Origin: an uncultured delta proteobacterium
GTDB taxonomy: Bacteria > Desulfobacterota > Desulfobacteria > Desulfobacterales > JAHEIW01
Direction of reading: 5' to 3'
Assembly (NCBI GenBank): GCA_963706575.1
Contig: CAVPNL010000015.1
Coordinates: forward strand, 416,001-480,000
Length of the DNA stretch: 64,000 nt
Below the pieces are notes generated by a model. It had not been told where the DNA came from, made no database searches, and saw only the letters and a program-made list of their open reading frames with translations. The translations under genes were made by a program, and so were the position numbers. The stretch's first letter is position 1; every line of letters starts with the position of its first letter. Below, in pieces: positions 1 through 10,704 of the stretch.

Positions 1-737
1 CCCTTGATCTTGACCGGAAAACAACACACCGTAAATCCATATGATCTGCCAATTGCCGATAAATTTGCCAGTTTTTCCATATGACAGTAACCGATCTCAA
101 TGCCGGCAAAATGCGCTTCCCAGATCACTTTCGGATCACCGGTCTTCTTGAATTCTTTAGCCTGAAAAGGCAGCGGTCGATCCCAGCTCCAGGCATCGAT
201 TCCGACCACTTTGACACCTTTTTCGGTCAGAAACAGCGTGCTATCACGGTCCATGCCGGCCCCTTTGACAAGATATTCCTCGGTGCCCCAAACCGCATCG
301 GCCCCGGTTTGGACCAGTACAATGTCGAGAGGTTTTATTTGGTATTGTATACGGTCCAGTTCATTTTTAACGTCTTTCACTGTGATCCGCTCTCCATCTG
401 CTTTGTAACGGAAATCTAAAAGCACACCGTCATTGAAACACCATTCAAGCGGAATCTCATCAATGGTCAAAGCGCGCTGTCCTTTGTCCATCGTAGGGTG
501 ATAATGGTATGGGGCGTCCAAATGGGTGCCAGAATGAGTGGTAAGGGTGATAAACTCCACGGCCCACCCCAGACTGCCAGGCAGTTGTTCCTTTTTTAGT
601 CCCGGGTAAAATTCTTTCATTTGTTCACCGCCCATAATGTGATCAATATAATCAATTTTGGGGATCATCATGGGAGGGTCACTGGGAAGATCAGGTTCAA
701 TGCTGATGCTCAGATCAACAAAACGTTTGGTGGCCAT
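1..737 (-). CDS. Cyclase family (kynurenine formamidase-like) metal-dependent hydrolase, 3' end outside window
   Basis: Absent from the ORF track because it runs off the edge. Manual translation from ATG 737: MATKRFVDLSISIEPDLPSDPP...THSGTHLDAPYHY, which is the HxGTHxDxPxH signature. RBS AAAGGAGGT upstream. Confidence 0.85.
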   Translation of the reverse strand, partial: MATKRFVDLSISIEPDLPSDPPMMIPKIDYIDHIMGGEQMKEFYPGLKKEQLPGSLGWAVEFITLTTHSGTHLDAPYHYHPTMDKGQRALTIDEIPLEWCFNDGVLLDFRYKADGERITVKDVKNELDRIQYQIKPLDIVLVQTGADAVWGTEEYLVKGAGMDRDSTLFLTEKGVKVVGIDAWSWDRPLPFQAKEFKKTGDPKVIWEAHFAGIEIGYCHMEKLANLSAIGRSYGFTVCCFPVKIK

Positions 738-841
738 AACACCTCCTTTATCAAAACCGGAAACTGAATTGCGGAAATGGAGGGCCTCCGTCAATTGCCC
801 GATAGAATCTTGCATCCGGCTTGCAAATAATTAGTTTAATT

Positions 842-855
842 TTGATTTAAATCAA
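842..855. promoter_or_regulatory. FNR/CRP-family binding site
   Basis: Perfect TTGAT-TTAA-ATCAA palindrome about 65-75 bp upstream of the 4Fe-4S membrane protein start. Confidence 0.65.
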
Positions 856-917
856 ATCATATCGATTGCCCCTTTTGTATAGATTATATAAATGCAGAAT
901 AAAAGGTTTTGCTACAG

Positions 918-2051
918 ATGAATGAATTTAACCAGACGTCCAAAAACCGGGTCGATCACAATATTCAAATTTATCGCAAAATAGTCCAGTATCTTTTTCT
1001 GGCCGTCATCGTCTTGATTGGCATACAGTTTACCCTTTTCGTCAACCAGCTGGAAAAAGGGTTGCTGCCGACGATCGCCCGGCCGCCGGGGATCGAAGGT
1101 TTTTTGCCGATCAGCTCCCTGATCAGCTTTAAATACTGGCTGGTCACCGGTATTTTTAACCCCATCCATCCGTCCGGTCTGATCATTTTTTTGGTGATCT
1201 TATCCACCGCAATTTTGCTGAAGCGCGGTTTCTGCAGCTGGGTATGCCCGTTCGGTCTGCTGACCGAGTATTTAAATCGGCTTCATCGCCTTATCTTCAG
1301 GAAAGACATCAGGGTCCCCCGCTGGTTGGATTATCCGCTGCGCAGTTTAAAGTATCTGCTGCTTTTCTTTTTTATCTGGGCCATTATCATCAAAATGAAT
1401 GTCCGCGACCTGGACTATTTTATCTACAGCCCCTACAACATGGTAGCGGATATTAAAATGCTGCACTTTTTTACAGATATATCCGCTTTTGCGTTCTGGG
1501 TGCTGGTGGCATTATTGGTTTTATCCATTTTAATCCGCAACTTCTGGTGCCGCTACCTCTGCCCCTACGGTGCCCTTTTAGGCGGACTCAGTTTTATCAG
1601 TATCTTTAAAATTCACCGCAATGAAGCCACCTGTACCCGGTGCCGACAGTGCACCGGCACCTGCCCGGTGGACATAAAGGTCCATAAAACCACCGGTGTG
1701 ATCTCTGATGAGTGCCATGGGTGCCTGAAATGCGTGGCCGTCTGTCCCGAAAAAGATACCCTCTATATTTCAGCAGCGAAAAGATCCGGCATTTTAAATC
1801 CCCTGCTTTATGCGGCCGTCATCTGCCTGCTTTTTATCGGCGGATCGGTTATCGGCAGATGGGCCGGCCTCTGGCAGACCAGCATCTCAAATTACGAATA
1901 TTCCTTCCATGTCGCCCATCTGGATACGCCGTTTTATCAGCATAACCGCGGTCAGGTGCCGGCATACAATAAACAGGCCTGGATGTTGATGATGGAAAGA
2001 ATCAAGAAATCCAGACGCGCCTGGCGTAAGGGGCAGCGGCTAAAAGATTAG
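918..2051 (+). CDS. 4Fe-4S binding polytopic membrane protein (YccM/NapH-like)
   Basis: Several TM segments, two CxxxCP motifs (CSWVCP, CRYLCP) and two CxxCxxCxxxCP ferredoxin motifs. Confidence 0.85.
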   Translation: MNEFNQTSKNRVDHNIQIYRKIVQYLFLAVIVLIGIQFTLFVNQLEKGLLPTIARPPGIEGFLPISSLISFKYWLVTGIFNPIHPSGLIIFLVILSTAILLKRGFCSWVCPFGLLTEYLNRLHRLIFRKDIRVPRWLDYPLRSLKYLLLFFFIWAIIIKMNVRDLDYFIYSPYNMVADIKMLHFFTDISAFAFWVLVALLVLSILIRNFWCRYLCPYGALLGGLSFISIFKIHRNEATCTRCRQCTGTCPVDIKVHKTTGVISDECHGCLKCVAVCPEKDTLYISAAKRSGILNPLLYAAVICLLFIGGSVIGRWAGLWQTSISNYEYSFHVAHLDTPFYQHNRGQVPAYNKQAWMLMMERIKKSRRAWRKGQRLKD

Positions 2052-2091
2052 CGCTGCCGAGCGGCTTATAAAGGGCAACATTCAAATATGA

Positions 2092-2287
2092 TAGAACCCA
2101 TCTCAAAAATAGGATTTTGGTTCAAGATCGCGGCGGAGCCTGGTTTTCCCCGCTGAGCGGGGCTTCCCTTCTGATCAAATCCTCTTTGTGGGTCGTAACC
2201 GCAGGTCCGCCTGAGGCGGATCGAAGGATTAAAAACCAGGCTCCAACAAAGCTATTGGGCCAAAAGACATTTTTGAGATGGGTTCTA
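2092..2287. mobile_element. MITE-like element with 18-bp perfect terminal inverted repeats
   Basis: TAGAACCCATCTCAAAAA (2092-2109) and TTTTTGAGATGGGTTCTA (2270-2287); internal IR GGAGCCTGGTTTT/AAAACCAGGCTCC; non-coding. Confidence 0.7.
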
Positions 2288-3415
2288 CCGAATGACTCGC
2301 GACAGGCGTTCGACACCTTCCAACAAGTCTGCCTCCCCGTAAAAGGCAAAGCAGAACCGCAGGTAATTACACAAGCCCTTGGCGCTTGAAAACTTGATGC
2401 CGGGTTGAAAACCCACTTGATGTTTGTTTGCCTCGGCAAGTAAGGTTTCGCTATCTGTTCCCTCAGGCAAAAAAGACCAGATAAAGTACCCCCCCTGCGG
2501 GTCGGTAAAACTGAGCGCGGGTATTTGTTGGCGCAGTGCCTCACTCAAGGTGACCATGCGCTTGTGGTAGGTTTTCTTCAGGAAATTCAGGTAATCTTTT
2601 TGCAATCCCAGTTCGATCATACTGTTCACAATACCGGAGACAAATGGATTTAATCCGCCGCCACTCTCAAGATAACCGGATGCGATAAATGGTTCCAGCA
2701 GGGAAGGTTTTGCGTGCATCCACCCTAACCGCAGACCCGGCGCAAGAATTTTGGAAAAAGAGCCCAGTGAAAGAACCCGCGCCGAAGTATCGAAATAAGT
2801 CATTGGCGGTGGTGGCGTAGACGTATAAGCCAGCATTTGATAGACTTCATCGGCAACGATAAGAACACCATATTTCTCGGCTAAACGGACGAGTTTCTCG
2901 CGTCGATTTGCAGATAACGTCACACCTGCCGGATTATGAAAAGCCGGTATGGTATAAATAAAAACCGGCTTGTGTTTTGCCAATTTTTCCTCTAGAACCT
3001 CAATAATTAGTCCATCTTCATCAATGGGCGTGCTGATGACGTTTAATTTATAGTCGGCAAAGATACGCAAAGCCAGAAAGTAGGAGGGCTCTTCAACAAT
3101 CACCGTGTCACCCGATCGGGCATGAAGCGCACAGATTTGATCAAGCGCCTGGGAAATTCCGGCCGTGATAAAAAGATGGTCCGGATCGACTGCATTCTCA
3201 TATTGCGCGCCCAGAAATCGGGCCAGAGCATTCCTGAAGTTGCCGTTGCCCTGTTGCATGCCATACTGTAATATGTTGCGTTCTCCCTGTTCAAACCGAT
3301 GAGTGGCTGCTTCTGCCAGCTGCTCTAACGGAAGAGCGTCCTCATGGGGTTGGCCGACTCCCAGGTCAATCCAGCCTTCCGGAACATTGCTTTGAGCGAC
3401 TTGAATCTTGTCCAT
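2285..3415 (-). CDS. PLP-dependent aminotransferase class I/II (ARO8/MocR-type)
   Basis: HNPAG, ADEVY and SFSKILAPGLRLGW motifs. Confidence 0.9.
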   Translation of the reverse strand: MDKIQVAQSNVPEGWIDLGVGQPHEDALPLEQLAEAATHRFEQGERNILQYGMQQGNGNFRNALARFLGAQYENAVDPDHLFITAGISQALDQICALHARSGDTVIVEEPSYFLALRIFADYKLNVISTPIDEDGLIIEVLEEKLAKHKPVFIYTIPAFHNPAGVTLSANRREKLVRLAEKYGVLIVADEVYQMLAYTSTPPPPMTYFDTSARVLSLGSFSKILAPGLRLGWMHAKPSLLEPFIASGYLESGGGLNPFVSGIVNSMIELGLQKDYLNFLKKTYHKRMVTLSEALRQQIPALSFTDPQGGYFIWSFLPEGTDSETLLAEANKHQVGFQPGIKFSSAKGLCNYLRFCFAFYGEADLLEGVERLSRVIR

Positions 3416-3475
3416 TCCTGCACCTGTTAGGACACCGTTCTTTGAATAATTGAAGAATAAGAGAATCTCGACAAG

Positions 3476-5293
3476 GTGTCAAATAATCAAAAATATCTTT
3501 ACGGTTTTTCCACAACCATGGCATCATTAATTCTTGGGTCGGCTTGCTCATCTGTTGTATGCTTCATGGCGCTTTTCTTGTTTTCAACCTCAAAGTGGTT
3601 ACTCTTTAATATCATAAATTTAAGAATACAAATCCAATCCGCTAAAGGCGAATCAATAATCTGCAAAAAAATACCCGGCCTGGCAACTGGAACCGTCCGG
3701 CGGCTTCTGTATGTCGCATGGATACTTGTCTTGTTGCTGGTTACCAGTGATGATGCCGATGCGCAAACTGCAACAAAGGTCACGCCCAACCGTCTGATAC
3801 AAGAATCCAGCCCTTATCTGCTGCAGCATGCCACCAATCCGGTAGACTGGTATCCCTGGGGTGAGGACGCCTTTGAAAAGGCCAGAAAAGAAGACAAGCC
3901 GATCTTTCTGTCCATCGGATACTCTACCTGCCACTGGTGCCATGTGATGGAGCATGAGTCCTTTGCCGATGAGGAAGTGGCGGCCCTACTAAATCAATAT
4001 TTTGTATCGGTTAAAGTTGACCGTGAAGAGCGCCCTGACATCGATCAGGTTTACATGGCTGTCACCCAGACCATGACCGGCCGGGAAATCCTGGCGTACA
4101 TTTTACGGGATATGACGTCAAAAGAGGGCGGATTCTACAGCGCTGAAGATGCTGATAGCGAAGGCGTTGAAGGTAAATTCTATCTGTGGACCCTTCCCCA
4201 GATTCAACAGGTCATCGGTAAAAATGAAACCGAAATATTGAAAAAAATATATAATCTTGAAGATGCCGGTAATTTCAAATCACAGGAGGCGGAGCAGCCA
4301 GCCGGCAGCAATATTCTGCACCTCAAAAAGACACTGCCGGATTTAGCCGGAGAATTGGGCCTGCCCGAAAAACACTTACTTCAGCGCCTGGAAAAAAACC
4401 GTGAGCAACTTTTTATGATACGCAAGCAACGCGTACATCCCTTTAAAGATGACAAAATCCTCACGGACTGGAACGGATTAATGATTGCCGCTCTGGCCAG
4501 AGCCGGTCTGGCCCTCGACGAGCCCCGCTATACTTCTGCTGCTGTCAGGGCCGCTGATTTTATCATGCACACGCTGCGCGCTAAAAACGGTCGCCTTCTG
4601 AAACGCTACCGGAAAGGAGACGCCGGCTTGCCGGCCCATCTGAACGATTATGCCTTTGTCGTCTGGGGGTTTTTAGAACTCTATGAAGCCAGCTTTAAGA
4701 CAATCTATCTGCAGGAAGCCATTCGTTTAAACAACCAGATGATCAAACGTTTTTGGGATCATCAAAGCGGCGGTCTGTTTATGACAGCCGACGACGGTGA
4801 AAAACTTTTAATCCGCAATAAGGCAATCTACGACGGTGCCATCCCATCCGGCAACTCGGTGGCGGTTTTAAATTTGCTGCGCCTGGGCCACATTACCGGC
4901 AACCAGGACTATCTGCAAAAAGCCGGAAGCATTGGCAAGGCTTTTTCCGGTTCGGTCAATCGATACCCGCAGGGCCATGCACATCTGATGGTCGCTCTGG
5001 AATATGCCCTGCACCCAAATTACGAGGTGGTGATTGCCGGCAAGCCTGGGGCGAAGGATACCCGGGCCATGCTGGCGGCATTGCGTCAGCGGTTTTTACC
5101 CGGAAAAGTTGTTGTACTGCGCCCGGCCGACACAAGGGCGGCGGCTGAAATCATTCGCATGGCGCCCTATACCCAATTTATGGTTCCAAAAGACGGCAAG
5201 GCCACTGCTTATGTCTGCACTGACTTTGTCTGTAAACTACCCACCACGGATATTTCACAGATGCTGGCCAACCTGCAGGTGAAAGGAAAATAA
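3476..5293 (+). pseudogene. YyaL/DUF255 thioredoxin-domain protein with large in-frame internal deletion (start uncertain)
   Basis: [42 protein letters not shown] and [11 protein letters not shown] are present. The GGWP...PKFP...PHFEKMLYD block is missing at the MTG|REIL junction (~4080). Confidence 0.7.
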
Positions 5294-5325
5294 TTCACCA
5301 CAGAGATCACGAAGATCACAGAGAA
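5294..5325. repeat. Short 9-mer tandem repeat (CACAGAGAT/CACGAAGAT family)
   Basis: caccacagagatcacgaagatcacagagaa; the same family occurs inverted at 47518-47550. Confidence 0.55.
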
Positions 5326-5492
5326 TTAATTTTAATAAAGAAGCGCCGGCATCTCGACCTTTACATAAAACTGCATAATATTGATTGTTCCCGCAATTGA
5401 CACTGGATTCTATTTACGATATTTCTTCTTCACTGCTTAAGATTCCTCCATCATTATTCAAACTGCTAACCCGAAGAATGGAGGGCATAAAA

Positions 5493-8400
5493 ATGAAATG
5501 CCCAAAGTGTCAGTTTGAAAATCCTGAAGGGATGAAGTTTTGTGGCGGATGCGGGAAAAAATTGGAACAATTTTGCCCCAGCTGCAATTTTTCAAACCCC
5601 CCTCAATTTTCTTTTTGCGGTAACTGCGGCCAAGATATTAACAAGCCTTCTGTAAAGGCGGTTAAAGATCTCTCCGTGGATGAACAAATTCAAAAGATCC
5701 AACGTTATCTTCCCAAAGGAATTGCGGAAAAAATATTATCCCAAAAAGACCGAATTGAAGGTGAACGGAAACAGGTCACCGTAATGTTCTGTGACATGGA
5801 GGGCTTTACAACCTTATCCGAATCATTAGGCCCCGAAGAAGCTTACGCCATAATGGACCAGATTTACGAAATCCTTATCCAAAAGGTTCATGATTATGAA
5901 GGCACGGTCAATGAAATGACCGGTGATGGGATCATGGCGTTGTTTGGTGCTCCCATAACCTTGGAAGATGCCCCACAGCGCGCTATCCGCTCAGCCCATG
6001 CCATTCATCGCGAGGTGGCCAGGTTCAGTGAAAAGATTAAACGAGAAGGAAGTATTACCACGTCAATTCGGATGCGTGTCGGCATTCACACAGGTCCGGT
6101 GGTGGTCGGCACTTTAGGTAACAACCTGCGAGTTGAATTCAAAGCGGTTGGAGATACAGTCAACCTAGCTTCAAGAATGGAAGGCTTGGCAGCGCCCGGG
6201 ACAACTTATGTTACGGAACAGACATTTAAACAAACAGAAGGCCTTTTTCGATTTGAAGCGCTGGGAAAAAAGATAATTAAAGGCAAAGGAGATCCTGTCG
6301 CCGTCTATCGTGTAATCGCGCCCAGCACCCGGAAAACGCGTTTTGACGTGAGCGCTGAGAGAGGTCTTACGGATTTCGTCGGAAGAGAGCGTGAGCTTGA
6401 ACTTTTGATGGATGGATTTGAACGGGCCAGTTCAGGTAAAGGACAGGCATTCTCAATTATGGCCGAAGCTGGGGTTGGGAAATCCAGACTCTTATATGAG
6501 TTCCGAAAGGCCATCGCAAACGAAGATGTGACCTTTTTGGAAGGACGATGTCTTTCTTACAGCAGAGGTGAAGCTTATCATCCCGTGATCGATATTCTCA
6601 AGGCAAACTTTGATATTCAGGAAGGAGGTGGCGACTTAGACATCAGAAAGAAGATCGCAGCCGGCCTAAAAGCATTGGGGGTTGATGAGTCCTCTAACCT
6701 TCCTTATCTATTGGAGCTTCTATCAATAAAAGAAACGACTTTCCAAAAGACGGGTATGACGCCTGCGATACGGAAAGACAGGATTAATGAAGCATTAAAG
6801 CGAATCTGTCTCAGGGGTTCAGAGGTCAGACCGCTTATCATGGCGTTTGAAGATCTTCACTGGATTGACAAAAGCTCTGAAGATTCCTTGAAGAATTGGT
6901 TGGACAGCATTTTTGGAGCACGGGTTCTGCTGGTATTCACCTACCGCCCGGATTACGTGCTCACCTGGGGTGGAAGGTCCTACCACAACCAGATTAATTT
7001 AAACAGGCTTTCGAATCGCGAAAGCCTGAAAATGGCCTATCATCTTTTTGGAACACAGTCGCTTGATAAAAATCTTGAGGAGTTCCTTCTGGAAAAGACA
7101 GAAGGCGTCCCCTTTTTCATAGAGGAGACGATAAGGTCACTAAAAGATCTTAAAATTATTGAAAGAAAAAACGGCACATATGTTCTTGCAAAAGATATTC
7201 GTGACGTGACCGTTCCTTCCACAATCCATGATGTGATTATGGCAAGAGTCGACACGCTTCCCGAGGGTGCAAAAGAAATGCTTCGAACAGGATCTGCTAT
7301 CGAACGCGAGTTCAGCTACGAATTGATTAGTCGCTTAATGGACATCCCTGAACAAGAATTACTTTCTCATTTGTCCGTTTTAAAGAATTCAGAACTAATT
7401 TACGAGCGAGGAATATACCCTCAATCAATCTGTATTTTCAAACATGCACTGACCCGCGAGGTGGTCTATGACTCCATAATGACCAATAGAAAAAAAATGC
7501 TTCATGAAAAAATTGGCGATGTTATGGTGGAATTTTATAAAGACAACTTAGATGAATATTATGCGATTTTAGCCGAGCAGTATATGAGGAGTGAGAACTA
7601 TTCAAAGTGTGCTGATTACTCTATAAAAGCAGGAGACAAGGCCGTTGGTGTTTTCGCCTGGCATGAGGCCCAAAAACACTATGAGACAGCCTTAATAAAT
7701 TTAGATGAGGAAAATGCAAAGCAAAGGGCTGACATACTAAAAAAACTGGCTGTCGTCACACAATCCGAACTGGATGCCGATGCCAGTCTCAAATACGCTC
7801 AAGCGGCTCTGAATCTTTATGAAAAGCTCGACGACAAATCCAACAAATTAGACGTACTGATGCACATCCAAACTATATATTCAGGCGGATATTTGGATGG
7901 CTCCAAGGAGGACAAGGCCTTGGAATATTTGGAACAGGCTGCAGCCATAGTTGAGAATGAACCTGACACGCAAGAAAAGGGGCTTATTTACCAGCGTACA
8001 GCTCACCTTTACCTTCATCGGGGGCAGCCTGCCACCACCCTTGCCTGGTCCCGGAAGGCCGTTAACCTCTTCACAAAACTAGGGGTGCAGATGGGAACGT
8101 CTCTGGGGACTGCTTTGACATATACCGGATGTATAGAGGATGGATTTATTTACAATGAAAAAAACTGGGATCCTGTTCTCAAGGCCGGCAACCCACTGAT
8201 TATGGCGATACTGGGGCATGAGCTTATACTTACCATGGCTTTGCTGCGAGACGTTCCAGGGGGCCGCGAGTGGGGTGAGCGAGTTCTTCCCGAAGTCGCA
8301 AAGGCCGGTGATAGGTTCGAAGGTTTTATACAGCGTCCATTGGCCTTAATATATGCCCTATCTGGTGAGGCCCTAAAAGCCGATGCAGCTTGCCGGGCGG

Positions 8401-9083
8401 AAAAAAGAATAGAAAGCAAGACGCTTATGAGCTGTTTTTTCGAAGATGCTGCCTGTATCGGATTCCACTTTCTCCGACAAGGCAAATGGAATCAAGCAAG
8501 AAGGTATTTGGAGTGGGCGATTCCGATCCATAAAGAAAGAAACAATGTTGCCGCTATTAGTGCGTGCTATTTCATTTTAGGCAGTCTCGAATTAGCGCAA
8601 AAGAAATATTCTCAAGCCGAAACACATTTATTGTCGAGCCTCGATATCTGCCGCAAGGGGGGTAATATCATTTTCGAGCTTTGGGTGCTTCCGTTGTTGT
8701 GTGAGCTCTATGTAAATACAGTTCAATATGAAAAAGCTTCGGAATGTACGGAGAGGGGCTTTAAACTACTTCATCCTGACCAAAATTGGCATGGTCTTGC
8801 CGCCCCGATATATCTAGCCAAGGCAATGATAAAGACAAAACAACAGAATTGGGAGATGGCAACCAAATTTTTTGATAAAGCCATTCATATCAATAGGCAA
8901 TACGAGCTTTTGTGGGATGAGGCCAAGACGAATTACGAATGGGGACGTATGTATTTTGCAAGGAATCAAAAAGGGGATATGAAAACTGCTGGTGAAAAGT
9001 TTTCATTATCCGTCGATATATTCACAAAAATTGGGGCAAAAAAAGATGTTGATAAAGCCTTGGCGGAGAGAGATCTGCTGTGA
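5493..9083 (+). CDS. Class III nucleotide cyclase with double zinc ribbon, AAA/STAND ATPase and TPR region
   Basis: N-terminal CxxC x4; FCDMEGFT, GDGIMALFG and GDTVNLASRME cyclase motifs; Walker A AEAGVGKS and Walker B FEDLHWID; C-terminal TPR-like helices; RBS GGAGGG. Confidence 0.9.
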   Translation: MKCPKCQFENPEGMKFCGGCGKKLEQFCPSCNFSNPPQFSFCGNCGQDINKPSVKAVKDLSVDEQIQKIQRYLPKGIAEKILSQKDRIEGERKQVTVMFCDMEGFTTLSESLGPEEAYAIMDQIYEILIQKVHDYEGTVNEMTGDGIMALFGAPITLEDAPQRAIRSAHAIHREVARFSEKIKREGSITTSIRMRVGIHTGPVVVGTLGNNLRVEFKAVGDTVNLASRMEGLAAPGTTYVTEQTFKQTEGLFRFEALGKKIIKGKGDPVAVYRVIAPSTRKTRFDVSAERGLTDFVGRERELELLMDGFERASSGKGQAFSIMAEAGVGKSRLLYEFRKAIANEDVTFLEGRCLSYSRGEAYHPVIDILKANFDIQEGGGDLDIRKKIAAGLKALGVDESSNLPYLLELLSIKETTFQKTGMTPAIRKDRINEALKRICLRGSEVRPLIMAFEDLHWIDKSSEDSLKNWLDSIFGARVLLVFTYRPDYVLTWGGRSYHNQINLNRLSNRESLKMAYHLFGTQSLDKNLEEFLLEKTEGVPFFIEETIRSLKDLKIIERKNGTYVLAKDIRDVTVPSTIHDVIMARVDTLPEGAKEMLRTGSAIEREFSYELISRLMDIPEQELLSHLSVLKNSELIYERGIYPQSICIFKHALTREVVYDSIMTNRKKMLHEKIGDVMVEFYKDNLDEYYAILAEQYMRSENYSKCADYSIKAGDKAVGVFAWHEAQKHYETALINLDEENAKQRADILKKLAVVTQSELDADASLKYAQAALNLYEKLDDKSNKLDVLMHIQTIYSGGYLDGSKEDKALEYLEQAAAIVENEPDTQEKGLIYQRTAHLYLHRGQPATTLAWSRKAVNLFTKLGVQMGTSLGTALTYTGCIEDGFIYNEKNWDPVLKAGNPLIMAILGHELILTMALLRDVPGGREWGERVLPEVAKAGDRFEGFIQRPLALIYALSGEALKADAACRAEKRIESKTLMSCFFEDAACIGFHFLRQGKWNQARRYLEWAIPIHKERNNVAAISACYFILGSLELAQKKYSQAETHLLSSLDICRKGGNIIFELWVLPLLCELYVNTVQYEKASECTERGFKLLHPDQNWHGLAAPIYLAKAMIKTKQQNWEMATKFFDKAIHINRQYELLWDEAKTNYEWGRMYFARNQKGDMKTAGEKFSLSVDIFTKIGAKKDVDKALAERDLL

Positions 9084-9143
9084 CACGGCCCATTGCATGA
9101 ATCTGCAATTTCGATGATATTAATACTTTGTGATCTGATGCTT

Positions 9144-10148
9144 CTATAGGTTGTCCAGCAGGGCCCACTCAATAAACTGCCAATCCACCTCCCATGAGTG
9201 CTGCCCGTATCCGCCGGCGGTCACATATGCCCGCGGAATTCTTTTATCTTTTAAGTAATGGTAGACGAGAAGATCTCGTTCTTTTAGCTGCTTCAGCGAC
9301 AGTTTCAGCTCGCCGGTCGAAGGCAGTTCATCTTTCTCATAGGGATCCGATCCAGCCAGGACAATTGCCAGATCAGGTGGTCCGATACCGGCAAGCTTTT
9401 CAAGCCCATCTTGCAGTTTTGTGACATATAAATGCTCCTCGCCGGCGGCGACCGGGATATCAATGTCGCTGGGAACAAACGACGGATTCAATCTACCCTG
9501 GTGATCGTAAGCTTCACCATCCAGCGGCCAGCCCCGGGCCATATGAATACTGAGTGTCGTAATCGAGCTGTCATCCTGGGTTAACACCGCTGTTCCATCC
9601 CCTTTGTGAGCATCCAGATCGATTACCAGGGCGGTGCGAATCAAATTTTCCGCCTGCAACTTGCGCACAGCGACCACGATATCATTTACCATGCAAAAAC
9701 CGGCACCGTAATCTCTTTTGGCATGGTGCATACCACCGCCAAAGGCAAAACAAAATTCTTTTTCAAGGGCCAGCCGGCAGCATTGCACAGTCCCAGCCAC
9801 TTTAAAAAGTAAACGCTCAAAAAGTTCTGTCAGGGGGTGGGTGGCGATATCCGGATTGTAGCGATAGTACCGGCCCTTTTCATCGATCAGTTCAAAGGTT
9901 CTGATAATCTCATCTTCGAGCTTATTGGTGTATAATCGGGTAACATATTCATCGGAATGCACCCGCAGCAGATCCTTGCGGGTGATGGTTTCGGTGATGC
10001 TGCTGATAAGCCACCGGTCGATGTTGGGGCCCAAAATTTCATGTTCCTTCAACTTTTCGAATGTGCGGGCGGCCCGGCTGTGGTGGATCGGAATTTCAAT
10101 GCCGAATTCTGTCAGGCCTTCTTTTAGATTTTTATCATAAATAATCAT
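9144..10148 (-). CDS. Histone deacetylase family (Zn-dependent deacetylase)
   Basis: GGGMHHA, DLDAHKGDGT, GSDP and GGYG motifs. Confidence 0.9.
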   Translation of the reverse strand: MIIYDKNLKEGLTEFGIEIPIHHSRAARTFEKLKEHEILGPNIDRWLISSITETITRKDLLRVHSDEYVTRLYTNKLEDEIIRTFELIDEKGRYYRYNPDIATHPLTELFERLLFKVAGTVQCCRLALEKEFCFAFGGGMHHAKRDYGAGFCMVNDIVVAVRKLQAENLIRTALVIDLDAHKGDGTAVLTQDDSSITTLSIHMARGWPLDGEAYDHQGRLNPSFVPSDIDIPVAAGEEHLYVTKLQDGLEKLAGIGPPDLAIVLAGSDPYEKDELPSTGELKLSLKQLKERDLLVYHYLKDKRIPRAYVTAGGYGQHSWEVDWQFIEWALLDNL

Positions 10149-10157
10149 ATCACTATA

Positions 10158-10420
10158 AGGTTTCAGGTTTCGGGCCTTCGCCGCGTCCCGCTTTGGAGCG
10201 GGACTGCGGCCGCGCAGGCGGATGTTAGGTCTGAAAACATAGGACTGAGTGCTGAGGTCTGAGGTATATCGAAATAAAAAGTGCGGAAATGGCGGTGCCA
10301 GCTCATGACGGAAACCGACACGTCATGTTGATATGGTCGGGGCGCCAAGCAGGCTTTTTTGCTCAGTCTTCAGTCCTCAGCACTCATTACTGATCTATTG
10401 ACCCTGAACACCTGATACTT
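10158..10420. repeat. Nested heptamer inverted-repeat element
   Basis: Outer aggtttcaggtttcggg / ccctgaacacctgatact; inner aggactgagtgctgagg / ctcagtcctcagcactca; includes tcccgctttggagcggga palindrome. Confidence 0.55.
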
Positions 10421-10704
10421 ATCAATATTAGGATATCGCAACCAACAAAAAGAACTTAATACCGAAATAGGGAGCAAACAACCTTCTTTTGACAATCTTG
10501 TGAATATTCTTTATAGTTACAGCAACCAACCTGGCCGTCCCAAAAATAAACCTACACAGAATCGATGCTATAAGCGGGCTGCTTTTTTGAAGCCAATTCA
10601 ATTACATTCTTTTGCCTGAGGTATGTTTAATTGCTGATTTAGTGTTATGCCGCAAAAAATTGTCTAAAATAATATTAAGAAGTACCGAGGCATGTTATCC
10701 ATCT

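Noticed and set aside
81..419. Plus-strand ORFs here and the many short antisense or nested ORFs across the track
   Set aside because: They are shadows of well-supported genes on the opposite strand or frame and carry no recognisable motifs.
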